Shown here piece after piece: positions 9,701 through 18,061 of a stretch of 64,000 nt of DNA. Position numbers and translations under genes: made by a program. Numbering within the stretch: the stretch's first letter is position 1; each line of letters begins with the position of its first letter. This stretch comes from a virus. The stretch spans positions 101,941 through 165,940 of the IMG/VR virus record IMGVR_UViG_3300031972_002446; one strand, 5' to 3'. The notes under the pieces are model-generated. The model worked only from the letters and a program-made list of their open reading frames with translations. It did no database searches and was not told where the DNA came from.

Positions 9701-12700
9701 TTGCAGATAACGCTATTAGAGTTAAAGATATTCAATTAAATAGTGCTTTACAATTATCAGAAAAATTTAATAAAACATTATCGTTAAGTAGTCTTAATGC
9801 ACCATTCATGAATTCTGTATCAGGATTAACCGGAGGTACCACAGATCCTGAAAAAATTGGTAGAGAGTTAGCTTCTGCTATCGAAAGACAAAGACAAATT
9901 GAAGCTGATCCTAATTCCCAAACGACTGCTTTAGGCTCTGGTGAAGTTGCTAAATTAACTTCTAAAATTAATAAATATCAAAAAGCTTTAGATATATTAG
10001 CAACTAGTACAGATAGAGCATCTAATGCATTGAAAAAGATTGATGAGCAACAAAGAATTTCTTCTGGACGAAGAAGTGGTGTTATGAGTTTTCTTTCTAA
10101 CATAAATAACCCAGAAGCTTTGTTAGGTATGAGGCAAGAACAACAGTCTTATTCTAATGTTATGGCAGGTACAGGAACTATTACAGATATTGCTAGAGGT
10201 ACTAATAGTCTTAATATGATGGAGTCAACTCAAACTCCTGAGCAGTTCCAGAAAACGCAACAAAAATTCTTTGAAAATGCTATGCGTATTTTAGAGGCTA
10301 ATGGTGCTAATCCCGCTGTCTTTAAACAATTTAGAGAATCATTCGCTGGTGATTTCGCCGCTCCTGATGCAAATCCTGCTGTTAAACCATTTATTGATGC
10401 GTATCAAGAAGCTGCTAGAATACAAACAGAAGCTGTTAAGCAACAATCTAATTTATTAAATAGTGGAGCAGTAATAGCAGCGGATACTTTAAAGAAAAGC
10501 GCAGACGCTTTCGCTACTAAAATGAAAGAAGCCACTGCAGAAATTGTTAAAGAGTTTAACGCAGTTGCTGATAGACTAGGTTTAGGCAAACCTAAGGACT
10601 CTAATAAAATGTCTAGTGGAGGTGTGGTATATGCTTCTGCTGGTCAATTTGTTAATTTTACGCCTAAAGGCACCGATACTGTTCCTGCTATGTTAACGCC
10701 TGGTGAGTTTGTTGTTAATCGATCAGCAACTTCTAAGAATTTACCTTTATTAAAATCTATTAATAGTGGTGGCTATAGTAGTGGTGGTAGTGTTGGTTAT
10801 TATGCTGATGGTGGACAAATCGGACCAGGTTTAAAAACTGTTAATCGTAATTTTAATCTTTTATCTCCTTATCCAGAAAAAAGTTTAGACAATTTCCAAG
10901 AATATAAAGATCATGTACCATATGGGTATATGGATAGGTATTTTGGAAATAAAGATAGTGCTGTTTCTGAACGAGAGCTTAAATCAATGAATCAAGCTAT
11001 TCAGAAACATCAAAAACAATACTTTACCACAACTAAGGTTAATCGCTATAAAAGCTTAAGATCATTAGTGCCTGAATGGGAGAAAAACGAGAAAAACCAA
11101 GACAAACAAGCTAGTTTTTGGGATTGGATTACAGGGTCTAGTCCTGATAGAGGCATGAAATTTAATTCTGGTAATTTTAAAAGTGTTAAAGATGCTAAAA
11201 TTTTTGCTGGAACAATGGAAGCTGCTCATGGTATTCCTTTAGGGCGGGGTGTTGGTACTGGGGATATAGGAAGTTCTACATATAGTGGTAGATTTTATGG
11301 TGGCGATTCTTCATTTCCTATGGATAGTGCTACAAGTCAAGGATTTGGAGAGCTTTTACAACAAAGAATTATACAATCTCGTTCTACAGATTGGGAAGCG
11401 TTTTTCTATGGTTTAGCTTCAAAGGCATTGCCTACTATTGGAGGTATTATTGGCGGTGGTATTGGTGCTGTTTTAGGTGGTACGGCTGCGGTAGCTTCAG
11501 GAGGTCTGGGTGCGTGGGGTGTTCCCATCTTTACTGTAGCAGGTGCTATGGGTGGTAATATGGCTGGTCATGCGGTTAATAGTTTTGCATACAGTATGTT
11601 ACCTGATTCATGGCAAAAGCGTATTGAGCAAAAGGTTAATGACAATCCTGGTTCGTATAATGCCGGACAATGGTTAGGCTTCGGAGCTGATGTGGTAGCA
11701 GGTGGTATGGGCGCCAATGCTGTTGCGAAAGGTATTAGCAGATCTATACCTCCAAGAGCAATAGTTCAACAATTTGTCAGACAGGGTGGTACTACAGGAG
11801 TTAATGCGGCTCGCCCGACTGTAGAAGATGCTATTGATATGGCTACAAAATCTGCTGGAACTAAAGCTGCTAATAATTCTAGAAATATTGGTAATAAAAT
11901 ACCAGTTACAGGTCAGCCAAATGCTACATTAAATATTGGTTCTGTAGATGATATATTGAGTTTACCACCAGGAATAAAACCATCTGGAGGAGCTAGACCT
12001 ACTGGGTTACCTGGAGGAGGAGCTAGACCTACTGGGTTACCTGGACCTACTGGGGCATCTGGTGCTACTGGTGGTGCAGCATCTGCTACTGCTAGAGCTG
12101 GTGCAATTCAAATGAAAAAATTAGCTATGGCTCTAGAAGAAACTTTGTATGCAGGTAAACCGCAACAATTAGTAGATGATATTATGTCTCCTAATGGTAA
12201 AGGTATATATGAGGTATTAGGTAGAGACCCTCAAATTCAAAGTGCTACTTTTAGAAAATTACAAAAACTTCTACATCCAGATATGATGAGACATTCTAAA
12301 ATGTTTGATGGTATGGGTTTAGATGATGCTGCAATAAAACTTTTCCAAAAACGATTGAGCTCAATGAAAACTGTTTTAGATAATAGTCTCATGCGAGCAG
12401 ATTATGATCAGCTTTTAGGGAGAGGTCATTATGCTGACGATCTTTTAGATAATTTATCGCGTAATGGATTTAATGTTAGACAACTGTTGCAGCCAGGGTC
12501 GAGAGCTGCCGCAGCAACACCTAAACCTAAACCAGGTAGCCAAGCGCCGCCAAAACCAAAGGCTGAATCACCAAAACCTAAACCAGATCAACCTAAACCG
12601 GGTCAGCCTAAACCTAAACCAGATCAACCTAAGCCAGGGCAATCTTCTAAACCTAAGCCAGGACAATCGTCTAAACCTAAGCCAGGACAATCGTCTAAAC

Positions 12701-15700
12701 CTAAGCCAGGACAATCGTCTAAACCTAAGCCGGGTGAAACACCTAAGCCGAGTCAACCTAAACCACCTACTGGTAGCGGGTCAAGGACTTGGTCACAATT
12801 TCTGGACGATTGGATGGGTGGTAGCGTTGGTCGGGGTTACTATACCGGTTCAGGTATTGGTGAAATGCTTAGTGGCATGCTCGGTTTTGGTTTAACACCT
12901 GATCCGTCTAAAAGATCATCATCACAAAGCGAATCACCTAAGCCTTTACCTGGTGGTTATCCAGATAAATCTTCTAAAGCTAAAGATCAAGCAGCTAAAG
13001 ACGCTATTGAGCAAATGACAGAAAAAACCAAAAGAACATTTGGAACAACAGATAGGGGTATTATGGACCAAGTTCAATTTGGAACAGACGGTCAATACAA
13101 GTTCGGCCAGGTTCAAAATGCTGCAGCCTCTTTAAAGCTAAAAGATCCACTTAAAAGAGTTAATTTCTTATATAGAAATATTAGTATTCCTGAATTTGAA
13201 CTAGGTATGGGTGGTCAGGGTTCTACAGGCGTAGCTGAGGGTCAGTTATTGACACAAAAACAGCGTAAAGATGCCGAAGAAGAATATTTATTCATTAATA
13301 AAAAAGTCTCAGATATGTATAGTAACCCTTCTGCTCATGGGAATACCTTACAAGCTTACCTCCAAAGAAGAGGTCAGCTTAAGACTATGCTAGATAGTGA
13401 TTTTAGAGCTCAATATAATCTTGGTGTTCCTACAGGAGATAAGCCTACATTTAATCTGAAACCTCCTGTAAAACCCAATACAGAACCGCCTACAGAGAAA
13501 GAAAAAAGAATGCTTAGAGATGGTGTTATAGATGATAATGCCACTCTTCAAGGGCTATTAGCACAGCAAGATACTGGAACAGCAAATAGAAAAAACTCAA
13601 CTGTTATGGCTGGTTTTACACAAAGATTTTCAGATCTTGAAGAGACTAAAAATACAGAAGGCGCTAGCTTTGCTCTCTTAAAGAAATTTAATTCTGTCAA
13701 ATTAGATTATATTAAAGCTTTTGGTCAAGTTAAAGGAGTTAGTGATAAAGCTATAGACCCAGGTTTATTAAGCGTTGCTTCTACTCAAGAACAGGTAGAT
13801 GCTGAAGTAAAAGCTTTAAAAACAGATATATCTTCTAAGACTAATAATAAAGATTGGATGGCTGGAAACTCACAAGCTCAAGCTACAGATAAGCAAAAGA
13901 TTAAAACAAAAGCAGATATAGCAAAAATGGTTGCAAAATATTCTGAACAATCTGGAGTTACAGATCCTAAAAAACTTAAAGATTGGTTACAGAAACAATC
14001 AGGAATTCGTCAAGAGCTTAAAGGTAGACATTCTTTATGGGATAATTATTATACAAAAGAAAAGGAATTTAAAGACAAAGAATTAGAACATTTATTCCAA
14101 ACAGAACGATGGGGATATAGAGATGAGTTAAAGAAAAACCCTGAAGGAAGAATGTATGGTGATGGTAGTATGGGTATGAATAGTTTAGAGTATTTACTAT
14201 TTAATCATCCTGCTAAAGTTGCTCATAATTTTATTAATCCTTTTAATCAAAACAAAAGTACGGATGAATTATTATACGGGGCTCCTCTAGGCACTGTTAA
14301 ACCAGAAACACATGCTACCAGAACTCAAAATGCTATTAGAAAATATCTCAAATCTTTTGGTAAATCTTTAGGCATACAAGCTCCTATCGATGAAAACACC
14401 AATGTCGATGAATGGTTTAAGAATTTAGATCCTAATTTAATGACAGACTTAAATGCTGAAGGAAATCTAAACCAATTAATGAAGGTAGGCAATGAAAGTC
14501 AAGGCGCTACCATGTTAGATATTCTCAAAAATATGTATCAGCCAGGTAGTCAAGAAGTCACAGACAATGTTGCTGCTCGTTTTGGTCTTTGGTCTGTGGT
14601 TGGTGCTGATGATGCTAGAAACAAAGATTTTGGTAAAGAATATCAATCAGAATTCTTAAGAAGACTATACAAATATGTGGAGAGTACATCTACACAGAAA
14701 AGTAAAGAGTCTTTCCAAATGACTGAAAGTGTTGATACATATCTTAAGATGATCGATGCTTTAGCTGCTTATACGGGTCAAATGGATCCTGCTATTTATG
14801 GTAAAGCTTCTGATAATTTCGGACCTTTAGTAATTCCAAAACAATTAAAAGGTAAAACCGAAAAAGAACAAATGAAAAATCTTTCTAGAGTTATTGGGAG
14901 AGATTTTTATAAATATACAAGATCAACATTTGATTATGAATTTGGTGGCATCACGAGTGCTGAAGATTATGGTAAGGTTGGAGATCGCTTAGGTATTCAG
15001 GGTTACAGTCCAGAAGATCTTAGAAGAACAGTTTTTGCTGATAGAAATACTTTAAGACGTATATATGAGCGTAAAGCTTATAGCGTTGGTGGAGGTTTAA
15101 CAACTGCTGATACTTTAGTTAATACTGGTATGGCCACATTATTTAATGCTAATAAAGACAAAACCGTTGATTCTGGGGATTTAGCTAATTTTTATGATTT
15201 AGATGGTAATGTCTTGAGCGAAGGCACTACTATAATGGGTTTGATATCTAAAGCTTTAGATTTTGGAAAAAGAATGCCTGTTGCCAATAGACAGGGTATG
15301 ATTGATTATGCTAAAGACTTCGATTTCAAGGGAAACCTAGCAGACGATAGTTACGCTAAATATGAGGAAAATCTTGATAATAATTTACACGCTTTAAAAT
15401 CCACATATAAACTTTGGGATTCGCTTGTTTATTACAGTAAGCCTAACCCTGGAACAACCAAAGCAGAGACTGTTGATTTAAACGCAGCAGGACCTGTTCT
15501 ACAATCAGCTACGGCGGGAGGTTCTATAAACATTGCTGGTACTCAGATTCCTTCAGTAGATTTCTTAAGTAAGTATCAAAACGCATTGGAAACTACTGGC
15601 GCTAAGGCTTATGGTCAAATTGTAGAAGCTGGTAGTATTTTCAATGATCATGTAGGAGGTAGTAGCAACTTTACATTAGCTGGTGCTCCAAATCCGTTTG

Positions 15701-16395
15701 ATAATCCAGAATTTATTGCTTTAAAGAAATTCAAACAATTACAAGAAGTTGGTACTGTTAATGCTGCTACCGGTGGTCATATTTCTGGAGGTATGGGTGC
15801 AGGCAAAGCGTCTCTAGTAAACTACAAACCTGTAGGAACCGATACTGTACCAGCCATGCTCACCCCAGGTGAATACGTTATCAATAGAAGTGCAACGCAA
15901 CAGCACTTACCTTTATTAAAAGCTATTAATAATGGTGGACTATCTTATGCTAGTAATGGAGGAATGATTCAACCTCAGTATAAAAACATTGGAGGTTTAG
16001 CATCGTCTGCTCTTAGTTATATGGGTGGTGGAGGTTTGGATATGGGGAATGCTTCCAGAGTATTTGACGGCTTCGTGTCAAGTTTTAGTAAAGAAATTGC
16101 ATCTTTTGGTGGTTTAATTAATAATTTAGCCAAAGTATTCCCAGCACTATCCGGTCCTGTTAATAATTTTGGTAATCATGTAGATAAGTTAGCTAAATCC
16201 TTAAATGATCTGCAAAATATTGAGATTAAAGGACCGAACATCCCAGAAACCATTAGGTTGAATAGTGATGCTATTAGGGTTGAGATAGACTATGTTCCTG
16301 GATCTAATAAGCTCTCACCAGATGCTGAGGATAAATTAGCAAGCCAGGTAGCAGCTAAACTTAAGACATTAGTTGATTTGGGTAGAATAAGTTGA
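3778..16395 (+). CDS. Giant multidomain tail tape measure protein (TP901-like N-terminal core) with an embedded J-domain
   Basis: 4205 aa; Ala/Gly-rich helical N-terminus with TP901-type core (ETIATGLRTIFTRI, EELGGFRQ); repeated GFASGG...DTVPAMLTPGEYV motifs typical of tape measure proteins; glycine-rich hydrophobic segments; tail operon context. Confidence 0.9.
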   Translation: MAAAFNLTAQINLRGPSNTKVIASQIRKQLSNIKVKVNLDLKGSAAKNVTKVNKQLQLLQQNAAKANASVASLSATVSQLGAGLNNLGGSGGVQSLNKVQKQVQSTGSAISSATTQVQEFGKQSGLAIRRFAAFSAVTGVVYSLTNAINSAFKEFVAFDKQIVRLSQVTGTTVSGLSGITKEISNLSSNLGVASSDLAQVSVTLSQAGLSAQETKIALEALAKSALAPSFDNLNNTVEGSIALMRQFSISSGELEAALGSVNAVAASFAVEAGDIIAAIQRTGGVFASSSRGISEGTAALNEFVALFTSVRATTRESAETIATGLRTIFTRIQRGSTIESLKEFGITLTDLQGKFVGPFEAVKRLSEGLKGLDPRDLRFGQIVEELGGFRQIGKVIPLIQQFATAQKALGVAQSGQGSLSKAAIQAQASLAVQFEKTRQSFVSLVRDIGNSTTFRGIAKVALTTANAFITLASALKPLLPMITALAAFKGVSALSEFGGGFLGGFGGKGGGGGGGGGPSGPMGPIGPSSGGSVSGRGSGRRNKGSASNNKALAKNSAALNANTTALGSVNTSMASLLQSIDALSEAINNKQSGVNTQGFASGGLVPGSGNRDTVSAMLTPGEYVIRKKAVEKIGADNLKKLNRGGRVQRFTGGGGAEALTVDDIKIFESGQNAGGIPKGQLKNMPSSLAQSVIDRYKGKGKLNQETFKALKEKVALKAAQDKAVPYALVGLRGTAKEVFAEADDGTMVKLIGRTLGETDDNKPYEDTMFKDFKDTVAKVANQMATKVQAQPVSPGDLNKDAMEKAGFFNAVGAYLEAAVASIGAPYDKDQSNDPLDFAQGLGSASGLFGLPSDMPADTTRTVFSSGKSPADFLKQVNNYRAKLAGGGSVSDTVPALLTPGEYVINEKSAKKLGSQKLDQLNRADRIQGYASGGPVGFVQRLASGGSPRADKMEYLERVAKKLGMTVSQYEKSIRSRILQGAETRATEKTGMQGDLKDVIVKNIQSIGDADVEGMVRTEVSDLVKKIYTGYDEIDPDLLNQGIDELVQGMKAGLSLDEIKNMSDGFKEILDAQITAGDELSGVTEEMAKKLGFLTSRMKVRDIDMKASGSQKAGKFGALDDDLRKAQKSIESGVGSILDGFSEAVSLQNLPGMKKLSSAYPELTKKITTAGDKLGGTFGLIGTGATLLSSKMPELGHAFDELAGTVSDQSAAFAGFTGALQKGGSLGMSAGIVGGQAFGRRGAAVGGAAGLAAGAVTGFIDASIVKETELAFKGIAAASAELDKTFNRLDTAVTVEERAALQEQAAEDYNKLNAAIQRATDTIDGNRLWKSFSAGISGMTTAMISLIGVINAVKLAQVASALLPGKVSGGIVKGYASGGFAKGGQSSGMGVPVRLASGEAVFTPPLPGTLSEMKQLNQIDRGGSSSLSRKGQTGGSFIVPGNSSGKVDNQSAILPENSFVLRRDATDTLKAMRGGPISAATGGLIGSGSVGFGGSGGIRGYSVGGNIQGYFGGGRVASALLAKLVANLGRLGPAITAGFGRMSPALKAITGQLATMVGISALAGLFSGFFSFFMGSAERDRAILQQQLQQLENLNTLVGNQQSMDVRNEAFADRLIPAVDAIENSGLSMDQKEMQFGRFRTPGGRMNDANLLGEMTARQAIGADADLEAVGQNQSVQEYLDSLDPTQRQKANAAIDKAQGELLRSTFIEKRKREGMDEVEASRAYDSDPQAAKAEAQEALGEKSRAEGLAKRMQIINRSINKFTLNLVDVMNRLGSVMNRTIGDLNANIDKMSQVSDIYSGGQAGSLNPNEDNVRILSNITAASNAELAQAVGQINKDLGDTKETQTMAGLIKGIQVLQKELPLILRQTGTGGDLDAGSETSIRGRLDTMFQGLDIGENLKRDLKSNVINFINDKTGSRQGDSFEDLANYIDGLKELDEAAEQARATFEKYAKEQADFNRKLGGLSNQLSAQLSKLADNAIRVKDIQLNSALQLSEKFNKTLSLSSLNAPFMNSVSGLTGGTTDPEKIGRELASAIERQRQIEADPNSQTTALGSGEVAKLTSKINKYQKALDILATSTDRASNALKKIDEQQRISSGRRSGVMSFLSNINNPEALLGMRQEQQSYSNVMAGTGTITDIARGTNSLNMMESTQTPEQFQKTQQKFFENAMRILEANGANPAVFKQFRESFAGDFAAPDANPAVKPFIDAYQEAARIQTEAVKQQSNLLNSGAVIAADTLKKSADAFATKMKEATAEIVKEFNAVADRLGLGKPKDSNKMSSGGVVYASAGQFVNFTPKGTDTVPAMLTPGEFVVNRSATSKNLPLLKSINSGGYSSGGSVGYYADGGQIGPGLKTVNRNFNLLSPYPEKSLDNFQEYKDHVPYGYMDRYFGNKDSAVSERELKSMNQAIQKHQKQYFTTTKVNRYKSLRSLVPEWEKNEKNQDKQASFWDWITGSSPDRGMKFNSGNFKSVKDAKIFAGTMEAAHGIPLGRGVGTGDIGSSTYSGRFYGGDSSFPMDSATSQGFGELLQQRIIQSRSTDWEAFFYGLASKALPTIGGIIGGGIGAVLGGTAAVASGGLGAWGVPIFTVAGAMGGNMAGHAVNSFAYSMLPDSWQKRIEQKVNDNPGSYNAGQWLGFGADVVAGGMGANAVAKGISRSIPPRAIVQQFVRQGGTTGVNAARPTVEDAIDMATKSAGTKAANNSRNIGNKIPVTGQPNATLNIGSVDDILSLPPGIKPSGGARPTGLPGGGARPTGLPGPTGASGATGGAASATARAGAIQMKKLAMALEETLYAGKPQQLVDDIMSPNGKGIYEVLGRDPQIQSATFRKLQKLLHPDMMRHSKMFDGMGLDDAAIKLFQKRLSSMKTVLDNSLMRADYDQLLGRGHYADDLLDNLSRNGFNVRQLLQPGSRAAAATPKPKPGSQAPPKPKAESPKPKPDQPKPGQPKPKPDQPKPGQSSKPKPGQSSKPKPGQSSKPKPGQSSKPKPGETPKPSQPKPPTGSGSRTWSQFLDDWMGGSVGRGYYTGSGIGEMLSGMLGFGLTPDPSKRSSSQSESPKPLPGGYPDKSSKAKDQAAKDAIEQMTEKTKRTFGTTDRGIMDQVQFGTDGQYKFGQVQNAAASLKLKDPLKRVNFLYRNISIPEFELGMGGQGSTGVAEGQLLTQKQRKDAEEEYLFINKKVSDMYSNPSAHGNTLQAYLQRRGQLKTMLDSDFRAQYNLGVPTGDKPTFNLKPPVKPNTEPPTEKEKRMLRDGVIDDNATLQGLLAQQDTGTANRKNSTVMAGFTQRFSDLEETKNTEGASFALLKKFNSVKLDYIKAFGQVKGVSDKAIDPGLLSVASTQEQVDAEVKALKTDISSKTNNKDWMAGNSQAQATDKQKIKTKADIAKMVAKYSEQSGVTDPKKLKDWLQKQSGIRQELKGRHSLWDNYYTKEKEFKDKELEHLFQTERWGYRDELKKNPEGRMYGDGSMGMNSLEYLLFNHPAKVAHNFINPFNQNKSTDELLYGAPLGTVKPETHATRTQNAIRKYLKSFGKSLGIQAPIDENTNVDEWFKNLDPNLMTDLNAEGNLNQLMKVGNESQGATMLDILKNMYQPGSQEVTDNVAARFGLWSVVGADDARNKDFGKEYQSEFLRRLYKYVESTSTQKSKESFQMTESVDTYLKMIDALAAYTGQMDPAIYGKASDNFGPLVIPKQLKGKTEKEQMKNLSRVIGRDFYKYTRSTFDYEFGGITSAEDYGKVGDRLGIQGYSPEDLRRTVFADRNTLRRIYERKAYSVGGGLTTADTLVNTGMATLFNANKDKTVDSGDLANFYDLDGNVLSEGTTIMGLISKALDFGKRMPVANRQGMIDYAKDFDFKGNLADDSYAKYEENLDNNLHALKSTYKLWDSLVYYSKPNPGTTKAETVDLNAAGPVLQSATAGGSINIAGTQIPSVDFLSKYQNALETTGAKAYGQIVEAGSIFNDHVGGSSNFTLAGAPNPFDNPEFIALKKFKQLQEVGTVNAATGGHISGGMGAGKASLVNYKPVGTDTVPAMLTPGEYVINRSATQQHLPLLKAINNGGLSYASNGGMIQPQYKNIGGLASSALSYMGGGGLDMGNASRVFDGFVSSFSKEIASFGGLINNLAKVFPALSGPVNNFGNHVDKLAKSLNDLQNIEIKGPNIPETIRLNSDAIRVEIDYVPGSNKLSPDAEDKLASQVAAKLKTLVDLGRIS
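11986..12045 (+). repeat. Perfect 30-bp tandem duplication (GGARPTGLPG x2) within the tape measure gene
   Basis: ggaggagctagacctactgggttacctgga x2. Confidence 0.9.
12520..12765 (+). repeat. Pro/Lys-rich in-frame repeat region including a 24-bp tandem array (KPKPGQSS)
   Basis: aaacctaagccaggacaatcgtct x3 exact (12649-12720), plus degenerate flanking copies. Confidence 0.9.
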
Positions 16396-16420
16396 CAAAG
16401 ATAAAAAATAACCATAATAT
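16392..16420 (+). promoter_or_regulatory. Possible sigma70-like promoter upstream of 16449
   Basis: TTGACA (16392-97), 17-nt spacer, TAATAT (16415-20); the region is very AT-rich, so a chance match is possible. Confidence 0.4.
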
Positions 16421-16448
16421 ATATTATATATAAAGAAAAGGATATTTA

Positions 16449-18044
16449 ATGTATAAAGTTCAAAATGAAACCACCACAGAAAATGTATCTACACAGGCTA
16501 TAACTCCCGGAGGAGCTTCTGTAAGTGTTAACGGATCTAATTTATCACCTTCTCCTTTTGTTTCTATTTCTATAGACCAGTTTAGGTCTGGAGAATTAGT
16601 TTTGGGTGGAGTTATGAATGTGTCTTTGAACGGAACTGTTACAGGTGATAGCTTCTCTGAGGTTGTGAGTGCAGTTAAAAATGTTTTAGCTATAGGTAAG
16701 TCCGGGGATTGTGTAAATGTAAATATTAACTGCGGGGGAACTCAATTAGTAAATGGTTATGGTACAATTAAAACTATTAGCGCTAATGAAGGACCTGATC
16801 CTACTTGGGTTCAAGTTGCAACATATAATATAGAAATAGAATTATATGTTAATGAATCAGATTTAGTTGTTAGACCTAATACTAACGCCAGCTCACATGT
16901 AACTGCTAATGAAATTATTAAAGATTTGAGTGAGTCTGTTTCATTAAACTTAGATAATGATGGTTTTGAAACAGATAATATGAATGGTAGTTATGTAGGT
17001 AAAGCTCATGCCAAATATAATTTTTCTATTAGCGCAACAGGGGCTGCTGTGGGTTGCTCTGCTGCCGGTAAATTAGTTGGTATTGAAGCAGCAGAACAGG
17101 TTTTACAAAGAAGAATTAATTCTATTAGCAATGGCAATATAAGTAGCGGTCTGGGTAATACTCCGAATATCTCAAGTCAATTAAGCACATACCATAGTGG
17201 TCAAAAGTTTGCTCACGTTAGAAGTGTAGACGTAGACCCTGTTACCGGAACTGTTAGTGCCTCTGGAGAGGTTATAATGAGACCTTCCGGCTCTCTTTTC
17301 CCTCAAGTTTTTATAGATGTTAGTGTAGACTCTCGCAGTGATAGCACTCAGGTTGGTAGGGTGGTTGTAATTTCTGGTACTATAGAGGGTTTACATGCTC
17401 ACGATTTTAGCTCTATTATTAGTAACGGAACTTTTCATGGAGCAAGCACTGATAGAGTTGGTGTTGCTATTAACGCTTACAACACTTTGAAATCATCTTT
17501 TCCTTCTATTGCCAACGCTTATCAAGAGGCAGAAATTGAAGATGCTTGTTCATTATCAGATCTTTATAATATATGCTTTTCTCAGGTGGATCAAACAGAA
17601 TGTACTATGAGAGAAGTTAATAGTAATGTTACTAGAAATTTTGGTACTGGTAGTGTTTCTTTTACTACAGAGTTCTCTACTGTTCAAAACTGTACTATAG
17701 TAGGAGCCGCTAAAGTAGAGTTGGAGTGTACTCACACATACCCCACAGATGTATTCGCAGAATTTGTGATACCGTTCAGGTCATCAGGCCCTTTAACTCA
17801 AGATTTAGGCACATCAACCAAGGAAGTAATTAGTTGCACAGGTTCTGCTCAAGTAGAAAACCAAGGCTGTGACTCAAGAGATTTATCTAATATTTCTAGT
17901 TGTCTAGAAGGAGCAGTTGATAGTAAGGCTTACGGAGAGGGTGCTGATGCTAGTTGGTATATTACACAAAGAACCAAAACTTATTCGAATACCGGTGTAT
18001 TAAGAATAACTAAGGAATGGACCAAGAGATACGATTGTTCTTAA
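16449..18044 (+). CDS. Putative distal tail / baseplate structural protein
   Basis: 531 aa, beta-rich, Ser/Thr/Val-rich, immediately after the tape measure gene. Confidence 0.5.
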   Translation: MYKVQNETTTENVSTQAITPGGASVSVNGSNLSPSPFVSISIDQFRSGELVLGGVMNVSLNGTVTGDSFSEVVSAVKNVLAIGKSGDCVNVNINCGGTQLVNGYGTIKTISANEGPDPTWVQVATYNIEIELYVNESDLVVRPNTNASSHVTANEIIKDLSESVSLNLDNDGFETDNMNGSYVGKAHAKYNFSISATGAAVGCSAAGKLVGIEAAEQVLQRRINSISNGNISSGLGNTPNISSQLSTYHSGQKFAHVRSVDVDPVTGTVSASGEVIMRPSGSLFPQVFIDVSVDSRSDSTQVGRVVVISGTIEGLHAHDFSSIISNGTFHGASTDRVGVAINAYNTLKSSFPSIANAYQEAEIEDACSLSDLYNICFSQVDQTECTMREVNSNVTRNFGTGSVSFTTEFSTVQNCTIVGAAKVELECTHTYPTDVFAEFVIPFRSSGPLTQDLGTSTKEVISCTGSAQVENQGCDSRDLSNISSCLEGAVDSKAYGEGADASWYITQRTKTYSNTGVLRITKEWTKRYDCS

Positions 18045-18061
18045 AGGAATTTAAATAGGAT

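Noticed and set aside
12625-12732. CRISPR-like array
   Set aside because: Head-to-tail repeats with no spacers, inside a CDS. The Cas4-like gene is a stand-alone phage nuclease with no other cas genes.
12464-12895. Alternative-frame ORFs (143 aa on +, 62 aa on -) with LNLSQDNR or RLRFRRLSW repeats
   Set aside because: These are shadows of the 24-bp in-frame repeat in the tape measure gene.
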